DNA of 53,967 bases from an uncultured bacterium (GTDB lineage Bacteria; Nitrospirota; Thermodesulfovibrionia; Thermodesulfovibrionales; JdFR-86): assembly GCA_965372535.1 (NCBI GenBank), contig CBDVCR010000002.1, positions 1-53,967 on the forward strand, in the 5' to 3' direction. This document shows positions 9,527-19,201 of the stretch, piece by piece (positions within the stretch are counted from its first letter, which is position 1; each line of letters begins with the position of its first letter). The notes beneath the pieces were generated by a model that saw nothing but the letters and a program-made list of their open reading frames with translations, was not told the origin of the DNA and searched no databases. Both the position numbers and the translations under genes were made by a program.

Positions 9527-10105
9527 ATGAGAAAACCCGCGACATTGATTTATGCAGCGGCGGTCATTGCCCTGCTCGCCCAGTCCTGCCAGCCCCCTGC
9601 GGAGGATTTCTCCCGCCTGGGGTATGAGGCCGTCGGGGAGGGCAGGTACGAGGACGCCCTCCTTCTCTTCGAGAAGGCGATTAAGGTCAGGCCCGGTTAT
9701 CTTGAGGCATGGACCGGCAGGGGCGTTGCGCTTGCCGGGCTTTCGAGGTACGAGGAGGCAATCACGGCGTTTGAAAACGCCATCGAGATAGCCGAGGAGA
9801 AAGGCCCGCACCTTCGGCCCGCCACGGCCTCTGTCTGGAGCAGCATGGGCATGGTCTTTTTAAGGCTCAAAAAATACGACGACGCAACCAGGGCCTTCGA
9901 CACGGCGGTCGAACTGAACCCCGGCCATGCCGAGTCGTGGTACGCCGGCGCCGTAGTCCACGCGTTAAAAGGAGACATGGACAAGGCCCTCGACGGCCTA
10001 TCGAAGGCCGTCGGACTGGAGCCGAAACTCAAAAAGAAAACCCGGGCGGAAAAAGCCTTCAAGCCCCTGTGGTACAACAAGGACTTCAACCTTCTAATCG
10101 AATAG
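9527..10105 (+). CDS. TPR-repeat lipoprotein
   Basis: Lipobox-like 'LLAQSC' after the signal peptide, followed by TPR-like repeats. Confidence 0.8.
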   Translation: MRKPATLIYAAAVIALLAQSCQPPAEDFSRLGYEAVGEGRYEDALLLFEKAIKVRPGYLEAWTGRGVALAGLSRYEEAITAFENAIEIAEEKGPHLRPATASVWSSMGMVFLRLKKYDDATRAFDTAVELNPGHAESWYAGAVVHALKGDMDKALDGLSKAVGLEPKLKKKTRAEKAFKPLWYNKDFNLLIE

Positions 10106-10155
10106 CCGCTCCCCGATTATCCTCGCAACCGCCCGCTTCCTTCTCCTTAAACAGC

Positions 10156-10268
10156 TTATTACTCAGAGCATGAAATAGTTTACCCCCCCTTTAGCAAAGG
10201 GGGAAGCCGGATCGATTCGTTCCAGGCCGGTGTTCGTCATGTAATCTATTTTATGCTCCCCTTAATAA
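10156..10268 (-). mobile_element. MITE-like repeat, family A, copy 3 (inverted, internally deleted)
   Basis: Both termini match copies 1 and 2. The central ~57 bp are missing between the two CCCCCTTTG direct repeats. Confidence 0.65.
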
Positions 10269-10324
10269 ATGCCGGGCACGGGAACGTCAGGGCCGGGCCG
10301 GGCGGAACCCGGCTGGGCGCAGTG

Positions 10325-11107
10325 TCATATGCGTATTGGAAACGCCTCTTTCGGGGCCGCGATAAACCCCTGGTGTTTCAATATCTCCTTGTTGTAGGCA
10401 AGCTCCTGCTCTCCCCCGAGGTCCACGACCCTCCCCCCGGCCTCAAGCACTATGGCGTGCCCCGCGGCGGTGTCCCACTCCCACGTGGGGCCGAACCGGG
10501 GGTAGATGTCCGCGGAGCCTTCGGCCACGAGGCAGAACTTGAGGGAGCTTCCCGCGAATATCAGTTTATCCACCGGGATTTTCCTCTTGAACTCCTCAAG
10601 CTCCGGGGAGCCGTGCGAGCGGCTGGCGACAACCACAAGGCCGCCTGTTTCCGGCCACGGCCTGACGCGTATCCTCACCGGCCCGCCCTCCCCGTCCCGC
10701 CTGTACGCCCCAATGCCCTGTGCGGCGTAATACGTCCTGTCCCGCACGGGGACATGGACGACCCCGAGCACGGGACGCCCGGCTTCCAAGACGGCGATGT
10801 TGACGGTAAACTCCCCGTTACGGTTGATGAACTCCTTTGTGCCGTCCAGGGGGTCCACGAGGCAGAATTTCTCCCACCCCTTGCGGACGGCGTACTCCGT
10901 GCCCCCGTCCTCTTCCGAAAGCACGGGGATGCCGGGCGCAAGCCCCTTAAGGCGCGCCTTTATGATTTCATGGGAGCGGGTGTCGGCAAGGGTAAGCGGA
11001 GAGCGGTCTTCCTTGTAGGAGACCCCGAAATCCCCGCTGCCGTAGACATCGAGGACGGCTCGCCCGGCCTCTTTCGCCGCTTCAGCCAGTCTTTCGAGAA
11101 ATTCCAT
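10325..11107 (-). CDS. cysQ: 3'(2'),5'-bisphosphate nucleotidase (PAP phosphatase)
   Basis: 'SPLTLADTRSHEII', 'VLSEEDG' and 'WEWDTAAGHAI' motifs of the inositol monophosphatase/CysQ family. Confidence 0.9.
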   Translation of the reverse strand: MEFLERLAEAAKEAGRAVLDVYGSGDFGVSYKEDRSPLTLADTRSHEIIKARLKGLAPGIPVLSEEDGGTEYAVRKGWEKFCLVDPLDGTKEFINRNGEFTVNIAVLEAGRPVLGVVHVPVRDRTYYAAQGIGAYRRDGEGGPVRIRVRPWPETGGLVVVASRSHGSPELEEFKRKIPVDKLIFAGSSLKFCLVAEGSADIYPRFGPTWEWDTAAGHAIVLEAGGRVVDLGGEQELAYNKEILKHQGFIAAPKEAFPIRI

Positions 11108-11123
11108 GGGCCGGACCCGGGGG

Positions 11124-11733
11124 CTACATCAACAGGATGAATTTATTATGGTCAAGAAATTCGAGGATTTTCCGGACGGACTCCTCGACGCTCAACTCGT
11201 CGGTGTCGAGCACCACGTCCGGGTTTTCCGGCTCCTCGTAAGGGGCGTCCACGCCGGTATAGTTTTTTATAACCCCCGCCCTGGCCTTTTTATACAGCCC
11301 CTTGGGGTCGCGTTTCTCGCACACCTCGATGGGGCACCTGACGTAGACCTCAAAGAAATTTTCCTTCCCCGCGATGTCCCGCACGAACTCCCTGTCCTCC
11401 CTGTACGGGGAGATAAAGGCGCTGAGCACTACGATTCCGGCGTCGGAAAAGAGCTTCGCCACCTCGGCGATTCTCCGGAGGTTCTCCCGCCTGTCCTCGC
11501 GGCTGAAGCCCAGGTTGGAGTATGATGCCGTGCCGCACGTTGTCGCCGTCGAGCACGTACCCCCTGACGCCCCTGTCAAACAGGTCCTTCTCCAGGTGGT
11601 GGGCTATGGTGGACTTGCCGGAGGCCGAAAGCCCGGTAAACCAGACTATGCCGCTCCGGTGCTTGTTCATCACGTTGCGTTCTCGCCCGTTTACCAGGTT
11701 TTCGTGCCATACAACGTGTTCCATAATCTCCAT
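11124..11733 (-). pseudogene. cysC: adenylylsulfate (APS) kinase, reading frame broken by a 1-nt insertion
   Basis: The N-terminal part sits in ORF 11350..11733 ('[15 protein letters not shown]...[11 protein letters not shown]'). The C-terminal part sits in ORF 11124..11579 ('[23 protein letters not shown]...[11 protein letters not shown]'). There are 13 nt where 12 are expected between RHG and LGFS (11514-11526). Confidence 0.8.
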
Positions 11734-11870
11734 CCCCTCGGGCCGGCCAGGCGTCCTGCCCGTCCGGAACCTTATTCGATGTATTGTTTAATTATATTTT
11801 ACAAGGACTTATGGATGCAACAGGCAGGGTCTTTCATTCCTGCCGGGGCCTGGCCCGGAAAGGGAAAAGC

Positions 11871-13739
11871 CTACCCCTGGGCGGCCCTGTAGCCCGGCAC
11901 CAGTCTGCCGACCACGGGGTAGATTTCCTCCTCCGAGCCGCGCTCGACCGCTTCCCTCAAGGAAGCCATGCAGTCATTTATCTCGTCCGGGGACGGCGGG
12001 TCGGTGACGGCGATTCTGAGCTTTTCGTGTGAGGTGCCGACCATCCTCTCGGAGTCGTCGAAGAGTTCCTCGTACAGTTTCTCCCCCGGCCTGAGACCCG
12101 TGAACTCGATTCTTATGTCCTCCTCCGGGACAAAGCCCGAAAGCCTTATCGCGTTTTCCGCAAAATCGACTATCCTGATGGGCTCGCCCATGTCGAGGAC
12201 GAATATCTCCCCTCCCTTGCCCGTGGAGGCCGCTATAAGTACCAGTTGCACGGCCTCCGGTATCAGCATGAAGAACCTTTTTATCTCCGGATGGGTGACG
12301 GTCACCGGGCCGCCGCGGGCAATCTGCTCCTTGAAGACATGTATGACGCTCCCGTTGCTTCCGAGGACGTTGCCGAACCTGACAGTGGTAAATTTCGTGC
12401 CGTAGCGCGAGGCGGCGTCCAGGACGAGCAGCTCGGCCATGCGCTTTGTGGCGCCCATGATGTTGGTGGGGTTCACGGCCTTGTCGGTCGAGACCATCAC
12501 GAAACTCTCCACGCCGTGCCGCCCCGAGACGTCTATTAAATTCCTTGAACCGAAAACATTGTTCTTCACGGCCTCGACGGGGTTGCTTTCCATGAGCGGG
12601 ACGTGCTTGTGCGCGGCGGCGTGGAAGACCATCTGCGGCCTGTGCCGTTCAAACAGGCACTCGAGCCTCCGCTCGTCCAGGATGTCGCCGATAACGCCGA
12701 CGACCCTTTCGCCGGGGCCTTCCCTGCGAAGCTCCATGTCTATCTCGAAAAGGCCGTTTTCGTACCTGTCAAGCAGTACGAGCTCCGATGGCCCGTACTT
12801 TATTATCTGCCTCGAAAGCTCCGAGCCGATGGAGCCGCCGGCGCCGGTCACCATGACCCTCCTGCCCCCGATATACTCCCTTACCGACTGGATGTCCGTC
12901 CTTACCGGCTCCCTCTGCAGGAGGTCTTCCATGGAGAGGGGTTTTATCTGCGAGACCGAGACGTCGCCGCTCAGGATGTCGCGCAGGCCCGGAAGAGTCT
13001 TGATGGTCACGTTAAAGGGCTTGCACGTCTCGTATATTTTCCGGACGGCCCTGTTGCTTGCCGAGGGTATGCAGACGATGATTTCCTCGGGCTTGCGTTC
13101 CCTGACGATTCTCTCTATCAGGCTCATCGGCCCCAGGATGGGGACCCCGTGTATGGAAAGCCCCTTCTTGTACGGGTCGTCGTCTATGAACCCGACGGGC
13201 TTGTAGGAATACCTGGGGTTGTTGCGCATGTCCCTCACTATCATCTCGCCGGCGTCCCCGGCCCCCACGATGAGCACCCTCCTGCCGGACGCCTCGGACT
13301 GCAGGTATTCCCTCAAGACCCGGACGCTCAACCTCGCGCCCCCGGCAAAGAATATCAGCATCATCCAGTCCAGTATATATATGGAGCGGGGATACGCCAT
13401 CTCCCCGAAGACGTACCTGACCAGCACGACGAACACCGCGCTCCCGGCGCTCACGGAAGCCGCAATCTTTACGAGGCTGCTTATGCCCGAATACCGCCAC
13501 AGGTCCCTGTTAAGCCTCATTCCGAAATAAAACACCAGCCGGACGGCGACCAGATAGGGCAGGTACCTGAGCATCAGCAGGACCTGGTCCGGGGGTATTG
13601 CCCACTCGAACCTGAGAAAGAACGCAAGGTAGTTGGCCAGCACGGCCTGCACGATATAAAAAGCCGTAACAACCAGGGGCCTGTACCTGATTATAAGGTT
13701 CCTGGTTGCCGGCAACGTCCTGGAAGCGGACTCTACCAT
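11871..13739 (-). CDS. membrane-bound NDP-sugar 4,6-dehydratase (CapD/PglF/WbpM family)
   Basis: Four N-terminal TM helices, two Rossmann motifs ('VLIVGAGDAGE', 'VMVTGAGGSIGSEL') and 'MVSTDKAVNPTNIMGATKRMAE'. Confidence 0.9.
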   Translation of the reverse strand: MVESASRTLPATRNLIIRYRPLVVTAFYIVQAVLANYLAFFLRFEWAIPPDQVLLMLRYLPYLVAVRLVFYFGMRLNRDLWRYSGISSLVKIAASVSAGSAVFVVLVRYVFGEMAYPRSIYILDWMMLIFFAGGARLSVRVLREYLQSEASGRRVLIVGAGDAGEMIVRDMRNNPRYSYKPVGFIDDDPYKKGLSIHGVPILGPMSLIERIVRERKPEEIIVCIPSASNRAVRKIYETCKPFNVTIKTLPGLRDILSGDVSVSQIKPLSMEDLLQREPVRTDIQSVREYIGGRRVMVTGAGGSIGSELSRQIIKYGPSELVLLDRYENGLFEIDMELRREGPGERVVGVIGDILDERRLECLFERHRPQMVFHAAAHKHVPLMESNPVEAVKNNVFGSRNLIDVSGRHGVESFVMVSTDKAVNPTNIMGATKRMAELLVLDAASRYGTKFTTVRFGNVLGSNGSVIHVFKEQIARGGPVTVTHPEIKRFFMLIPEAVQLVLIAASTGKGGEIFVLDMGEPIRIVDFAENAIRLSGFVPEEDIRIEFTGLRPGEKLYEELFDDSERMVGTSHEKLRIAVTDPPSPDEINDCMASLREAVERGSEEEIYPVVGRLVPGYRAAQG

Positions 13740-13782
13740 GGCGGATTTTCTTTCCTTGCCTGATTATATGGATGAGCTTCGA

Positions 13783-14370
13783 TTATTTCACCATCTTCGC
13801 AAGCGTTTTAAATATTAACCTTATATCGTTTATAAAGCTCTGTTCCCTTATGTATTTCCTGTACAAGTCTATCTTCGCGGGCAGGACTTCATTTATATAT
13901 CCTTCCTCGGGGTACTGAAACCTCTTGAGGACGGATTCCTCGTCGCTGAACTCTATGGCGGCGTAATCGGTTATGCCTGGTTTTACGGCGAGTATCTCCT
14001 CGTAATCTTTTCTGAACGCCTCGACGTATTCAGGCATTTCGGGCCTCGGCCCGACAAAACTCATGTCCCCCTTAAGGACGTTGAAAAGCTGAGGCAGTTC
14101 GTCAAGCTTCGTTTTCCTCAGAAACCCGCCGACCCTCGTAATCCGGGGGTCGGCTCGGGCGGTAACCTTCGGCCCGAGTCCCGGGGCGCCGGCGACCATC
14201 GTCCTGAACTTGTAAAGGTCAAAGGGCTTGAAGCCCTTCCCGACCCTCTCCTGAACGAAAAAAACCGGGCCGCCGCTCTCCGCTTTTATGATAACCGAAA
14301 GGACCAGGAAAAGGGGCAGGGACGCAATAAGCCCGATTGTTGAGAAAACAATATCAAAGGCCCTTTTCAC
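13783..14370 (-). CDS. initiating undecaprenyl-phosphate sugar phosphotransferase (PglC/WbaP-C-terminal type)
   Basis: 'MKRAFDIVFS..', 'GGPVFFVQERVGKGFKPFDLYKFRTM', 'DELPQLFNVLKGDMSFVGPRP'. Confidence 0.9.
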   Translation of the reverse strand: MKRAFDIVFSTIGLIASLPLFLVLSVIIKAESGGPVFFVQERVGKGFKPFDLYKFRTMVAGAPGLGPKVTARADPRITRVGGFLRKTKLDELPQLFNVLKGDMSFVGPRPEMPEYVEAFRKDYEEILAVKPGITDYAAIEFSDEESVLKRFQYPEEGYINEVLPAKIDLYRKYIREQSFINDIRLIFKTLAKMVK

Positions 14371-15539
14371 CTCTTGAACCTGCCCGCGACGTCAAGGACG
14401 GATTGCGCCACCCTGTCCACCTCCTCGTCAGTCATTGACGGGTAGATGGGAAGGGAGACAATCCTCTTGTACGCCTCATGCGTAACCGGAAAGTCCTCCG
14501 GCTTATACCCGTACGTCAAACGGTAATACGGGTGGATATGGAGAGGTATAAAATGCACCGACGTCCCAATCCCCCGCTCCCGCAGCTCTTCTATGAACCG
14601 GTCTCTGTCTATGGCAAGTGCGTCGAGGTTGAGCTTCAGCACATAGAGGTGCCGGCTGTGCAGGGTGCCGGCGCGCACGGAAGGCGTTTCCGCCTGCGGC
14701 AGGCCCCTGAAGGCGGCGTTGTAGGCGGACGCGATGCGCTCCCGCTTTTCGAGGAGGAAACCGGCCTTCCCGAGCTGGGCGAGTCCCATCGCCGCCGCCA
14801 CGTCAGTCATGTTGTACTTGTAGCCCGGGGCCACAATCTCGTAGTGCCAGTTGCCCTCGGCGGTGTAGCGCTTCCATGCGTCCCTGCTTATGCCGTGCAG
14901 GCTCATTACGCGCATCCGTTCGGCCCATTCCGCGTTGTCCGTTACCGCCATCCCGCCCTCCCCGGTGGTGATGGTCTTTGTGGCGTAGAAGCTGAAGCAG
15001 GTGATGTCGCCTATGGCGCCGATGTTTCTCCCCCGGTATTTTGCGGGCAGCGCATGGGCGGCATCCTCTATGACGCAGAGGCCGTTGTCCTTCGCGACCC
15101 TCAAGATGGAGTCCATGTCGCACGGCTGCCCCCCGTAGTGTACGGGGATTACGGCCTTCACCCTTTCCCCGCTCCCCCTGAGCCTTGCGACGGTCTCCTC
15201 AAGCCCTGAGGCGTCCATGTTAAGGGTATCGGGCTCTATGTCGACAAAGACCGGCCTGGCGCCCTGGTACCGGATTACCTCGGCAGTGGCGGCAAACGTC
15301 ATGGGCGTCGTGACCGCCACGTCCCCTTCCTCCAGCCCTACGGCGTCCAGGGCGAGGTGGAGCGCGGCGGTGCAGGAGTTAAGCGCCACGGCGTGTTTTG
15401 CGCCGACGTAGCCGGCGAACTCCTCCTCGAACCGCTTAACCTTCGGGCCGGTGGTTATCCAGCCCGTGCGGAGGGAGTCCACCACCCCGTCAATCTCGTC
15501 GTCCGTTATGTACGGCTTATGAAAGGGGACGTGTCCCAT
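14367..15539 (-). CDS. DegT/DnrJ/EryC1-family sugar aminotransferase (PglE-like)
   Basis: 'FEEEFAGYVGAKHAVALNSCTAALHLAL' and the PLP-lysine region 'SFYATKTITTGEGG'. 4-nt overlap with the downstream gene. Confidence 0.9.
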   Translation of the reverse strand: MGHVPFHKPYITDDEIDGVVDSLRTGWITTGPKVKRFEEEFAGYVGAKHAVALNSCTAALHLALDAVGLEEGDVAVTTPMTFAATAEVIRYQGARPVFVDIEPDTLNMDASGLEETVARLRGSGERVKAVIPVHYGGQPCDMDSILRVAKDNGLCVIEDAAHALPAKYRGRNIGAIGDITCFSFYATKTITTGEGGMAVTDNAEWAERMRVMSLHGISRDAWKRYTAEGNWHYEIVAPGYKYNMTDVAAAMGLAQLGKAGFLLEKRERIASAYNAAFRGLPQAETPSVRAGTLHSRHLYVLKLNLDALAIDRDRFIEELRERGIGTSVHFIPLHIHPYYRLTYGYKPEDFPVTHEAYKRIVSLPIYPSMTDEEVDRVAQSVLDVAGRFKR

Positions 15540-15572
15540 GCCGTTGCGCCTCCAGGCGTATGCACAATAAAT

Positions 15573-16445
15573 TCATACGGTATAACCGAGTTTTTGCATG
15601 GTTTGGCCGATGTATTTCATGGCTCCGTCAACTCTGCCCTTCGGCAGGGACAGGTAGTTGTTAATACTGGGCTTTATTCCCTTGCGAATCGTGACAATCC
15701 CATCCTCAATGCCCTTGTCATGGTCAAACTTATGATAATCGATTACCGCGGGCTCGCAGGGAATGCCAAGGTAATCAAAAAGGGCGCCGAGTATGCCTTC
15801 CGGTTTTGTAACGAGGTCTTCATAGCGCATCTCAAACGCCGCCCCGGACCTGCATACGCCGGTGCTTTTCATCTTCCCGACCTGCTCCGCCCAGAAATTG
15901 GCGTATCCCGCAAACCTGTCGTCAAAATTATTCCTCGATACGTATTGGTCAGGCACGTGGAAGTGGCGCCTGTAAAGGGAACAGGCAACGTCCAGCCCGT
16001 TTCGGTAGATGAAAACGAATTTCGCTTTTTGCTCGAACAATTCGCTTAGAACATCCACGTAATCGACATGGTCCGGGGTCTTGTCGGCCCAATAGACCTT
16101 ACCTTTTGATTGCGCGTAATTCATAAAGTAATAATCTATGTAATTACGCGTCATCTTAAACACATGGTCCTTCTCAAACCCCATTGATTCCAGCCCTTCC
16201 AGGGCTTCCCTGTTTGAGAGCATCTTCAATAAGTCCACTATGAACTTCGACTCCGGGGGGCAGGCTATCTTGCTGTGGGAGTCAAGCATTCTCCTTAAAA
16301 GCGAAGTGCCCGACCTGTAGCATCCGATTATGAAAATAGGCGGGTTAGGGCTATAATCGGCCCTGCCCTCGAAAACGACTTTTTTCGAGGGCATGAGAAG
16401 CTTGATATTATAATAAAGCTTTTGATATATGTCCCTTATATTCAT
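15573..16445 (-). CDS. sulfotransferase (intact)
   Basis: 5'-PSB loop 'IFIIGCYRSGTSLLRRML' and a 3'-PB-like 'FVFIYRNGLDVACS'. AT-rich. Confidence 0.8.
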   Translation of the reverse strand: MNIRDIYQKLYYNIKLLMPSKKVVFEGRADYSPNPPIFIIGCYRSGTSLLRRMLDSHSKIACPPESKFIVDLLKMLSNREALEGLESMGFEKDHVFKMTRNYIDYYFMNYAQSKGKVYWADKTPDHVDYVDVLSELFEQKAKFVFIYRNGLDVACSLYRRHFHVPDQYVSRNNFDDRFAGYANFWAEQVGKMKSTGVCRSGAAFEMRYEDLVTKPEGILGALFDYLGIPCEPAVIDYHKFDHDKGIEDGIVTIRKGIKPSINNYLSLPKGRVDGAMKYIGQTMQKLGYTV

Positions 16446-16516
16446 TCTGTATTTACCTCAAATTATCATTAGCCGTGAAACCTCGCAATTTTATCACGAT
16501 ATGCATGCTTTTGTTA

Positions 16517-17161
16517 TCAGCAGTCAAGGTTTTTTCTGAACCTATAGCATTCTCTGGTTTCCTTTTCGATGCGCATGCCTGCTTTCTTATAAAATGATAT
16601 TGCTCTCTCGTTACCTTTCATGACCGACAGGCGATAAGTATTGATTCTATTCATGCATAAAATTCCATTGAATTTATTGAGCATATGCAGTGCAATCCTC
16701 TTTCCTTTGAGTTGAGAGTCAACTGCGATGGACAAAAGACTGAAATCATGTTTTGGTAAGCTGCAATTATTTCCAGTGCGCTTCATGCGGGAGCGAAGTG
16801 CGGCTACAACATGAGAAATTCTGTTGAGCATTCCCCTACGTACAATCGCAGACCGTATAAATGCAAGCACAACCCTATAACAGCAAAACAGAAAATTTTT
16901 CCTGAAAAAACGGGACCGGGCAAATTCAATATGTTGCCCCCCAACTATGAACCCTATCATTCGGCCATGCCTGAAAGCCCCAATGCTCAATTTATTGTAT
17001 TCAATCAATTCCTTATAATAACGCTTTATAAGCTCAGTCCCAAGCGCTGTGAGGAAATATTCAGGGAATGCCGCCTGGTGCAACTGTGCGACCTGAAAAG
17101 CATCATGAGTGTCGAGGAAGCTAAACGCAATGGTATCTTTTTGCATTGGCGTGCTCTCCAT
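16517..17161 (-). CDS. GNAT-family N-acetyltransferase
   Basis: Motif A-like 'LLSIAVDSQLKGKRIALHML' and 'NERAISFYKKAGM'. Confidence 0.7.
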   Translation of the reverse strand: MESTPMQKDTIAFSFLDTHDAFQVAQLHQAAFPEYFLTALGTELIKRYYKELIEYNKLSIGAFRHGRMIGFIVGGQHIEFARSRFFRKNFLFCCYRVVLAFIRSAIVRRGMLNRISHVVAALRSRMKRTGNNCSLPKHDFSLLSIAVDSQLKGKRIALHMLNKFNGILCMNRINTYRLSVMKGNERAISFYKKAGMRIEKETRECYRFRKNLDC

Positions 17162-17188
17162 TATTTTCCATTCACTACCATTAGCATT

Positions 17189-18274
17189 TCACCTGGTAAG
17201 AGGGATGTCCGTAATTATATTCTTTCTGTATTTTTTTCGTATGATAAAATCCCATATACCCTTGATATACCCCATGCCGTAGCCGAAATGAATAGTAAAA
17301 AAAACAGAAGGCAACACAAAAAAATATTTTAAGCCTCTCCTGATTGCGATAGAAGATGAAAAAAATATATTAGCGGCAACGTACAGAAACAGTAACAAAA
17401 GAAACGGCCACAGAAATACCTTCCATGCAAACGACAGTATTCCAAGGGTTATCGAGCTCGCCACAAGGGTCGGCGGCATTATCTGCCTGAAAGTAAAAAC
17501 TCCTCTGGTTTTCAAGGCAACTAGCGGCTTGAAGTAGCCGTACTGGAAATACATCTTTCCAAGCTTGGAAATCGTATCCCTCGCATGATAATATGATACG
17601 ATGTCGGGTACAAGGAGGATTTTCCCGCCATTTTTCAGCAACCTCATGTTCAACTCATCGTCCTGGTTTCTTATCATGTCTTCGTCAAATACCCCTATTT
17701 CATTAAAAACCTCCTTCCTGTAACACCCAAAAGGCACGGTATCCACCAGCCTGGGCTTTTCAGAGCCTATCCTATAATAAGCATTGCCCGCGCCGAAAAA
17801 ATGAGAAACAGCCAACGCTATGGACTCGGCTGTATACGTATTGTCTCCAGGCAATATAACCCATAGACCTCCAACATTGTCCACATCATGTTCCTGCAAA
17901 TATTTGACGCATTTTGGAATATAATCTTTATTGTAAATACTGTGGGCGTCAAGCCTGATTATTATTTCGCCTTTGGCATTCTCGATGCCTATATTCAGGG
18001 CCGCTGGCACTGTTTTTTTCGGGTTGTCCATGAGCCTGATGAACGGCCATCTGCCGGAGAACCCCTTGATTTTTTCTCTTGTACCATCGCCGCTCATGCC
18101 ATCCATTACTAAGACTTCAAGTTTGCTCTTGGGATATTCAGTGTTCACAGTTGAGTCCAGACATTTGTCAATGTGCTTCTCTTCATTACGGCATGGAATA
18201 ATAACCGTTATAAAGGGCAGTGCCCCGTCATGCTTGTTTGCAGGTTCACCTGTCTTCATGCAAGTCTTTTGCAT
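17189..18274 (-). CDS. glycosyltransferase family 2 with C-terminal TM helices
   Basis: 'ITVIIPCRNEEKHIDKCLDS', 'VLVMDGMSGDGT', 'IIIRLDAHS'. Confidence 0.85.
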   Translation of the reverse strand: MQKTCMKTGEPANKHDGALPFITVIIPCRNEEKHIDKCLDSTVNTEYPKSKLEVLVMDGMSGDGTREKIKGFSGRWPFIRLMDNPKKTVPAALNIGIENAKGEIIIRLDAHSIYNKDYIPKCVKYLQEHDVDNVGGLWVILPGDNTYTAESIALAVSHFFGAGNAYYRIGSEKPRLVDTVPFGCYRKEVFNEIGVFDEDMIRNQDDELNMRLLKNGGKILLVPDIVSYYHARDTISKLGKMYFQYGYFKPLVALKTRGVFTFRQIMPPTLVASSITLGILSFAWKVFLWPFLLLLFLYVAANIFFSSSIAIRRGLKYFFVLPSVFFTIHFGYGMGYIKGIWDFIIRKKYRKNIITDIPLTR

Positions 18275-18277
18275 ATA

Positions 18278-19201
18278 TCAAATATACACCCTTCCATAAT
18301 TGCGCCTGAGATATTGAATTGTCCTATCGGATATCACAGTTCTCTTTAACCTCTTGAAGCCGCCGAACCCTGCCAGGACGCCTTTTATCGCTGCAATGAA
18401 CTCGCCTTTCCTTATTGAAGCAGCAAGGAGGACAAGACTCCAGAAGCACGTATTTATGACAAAAGGAAGAGCGGGCAAGTATTTATAGTTTATCCAGATT
18501 TTATTTCTTATCGAATAATACATGTATCCGCTTCTTACGCGGTTCAAGGAATTCAAGTGCGGATAGTGTTCAATAAATATATCCGGACAGTAAAGTATGC
18601 TGTAGCCCTTTTCGATTATGCGGTAAGACAGGTCCAGCTCTTCCGCTCCAAAGAACAAATCTTCCTGATACAAGCCACAGTCCTCATAGACTTTTTTTCT
18701 CGCAGCATGCCCTCCGCCCAGATAATAGCTGACATATTGGGACATGTCCACGATATCGGGATTCTTTTTCACTACGGCCCTACGAAAAGGAACTCTCACT
18801 TTCTTTTCATGATGCCCGTCAATATCAACAATTTTAAACGCAATCAACCCTACATCAGGAAATGTATTAAAGACATGAGTTATTTGTTCAATAGAATTAT
18901 CAAACCTGAAAGCGGCATCATCGTCCAATGTTATCAGAATATCACCCTTCGCCTTCTTGATAAGAACGTTCCTGCCGCCCGCAACGCCGAGCGGCTTGCC
19001 GGAGGTTATGCACCTGATTCTGGGGTCGTCGTATTTTCCGGCGACTTCCCCGCAGATGCCATGCCCGGAATTGTCATCGAGCACGATTATTTCAATATTA
19101 CTATACGATTGAACCAGTATGCTGCCCAGGCACCTGAGAATATCCTCGGGGCCTTCATTGGTTGCGACCAGGAAGCTTATCAACGGCTGGTTCGTCTTCA
19201 T
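18278..19201 (-). CDS. glycosyltransferase family 2
   Basis: 'ISFLVATNEGPEDILRCLGSILVQSY', 'IIVLDDNS', 'ILITLDDDA'. Confidence 0.85.
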   Translation of the reverse strand: MKTNQPLISFLVATNEGPEDILRCLGSILVQSYSNIEIIVLDDNSGHGICGEVAGKYDDPRIRCITSGKPLGVAGGRNVLIKKAKGDILITLDDDAAFRFDNSIEQITHVFNTFPDVGLIAFKIVDIDGHHEKKVRVPFRRAVVKKNPDIVDMSQYVSYYLGGGHAARKKVYEDCGLYQEDLFFGAEELDLSYRIIEKGYSILYCPDIFIEHYPHLNSLNRVRSGYMYYSIRNKIWINYKYLPALPFVINTCFWSLVLLAASIRKGEFIAAIKGVLAGFGGFKRLKRTVISDRTIQYLRRNYGRVYI

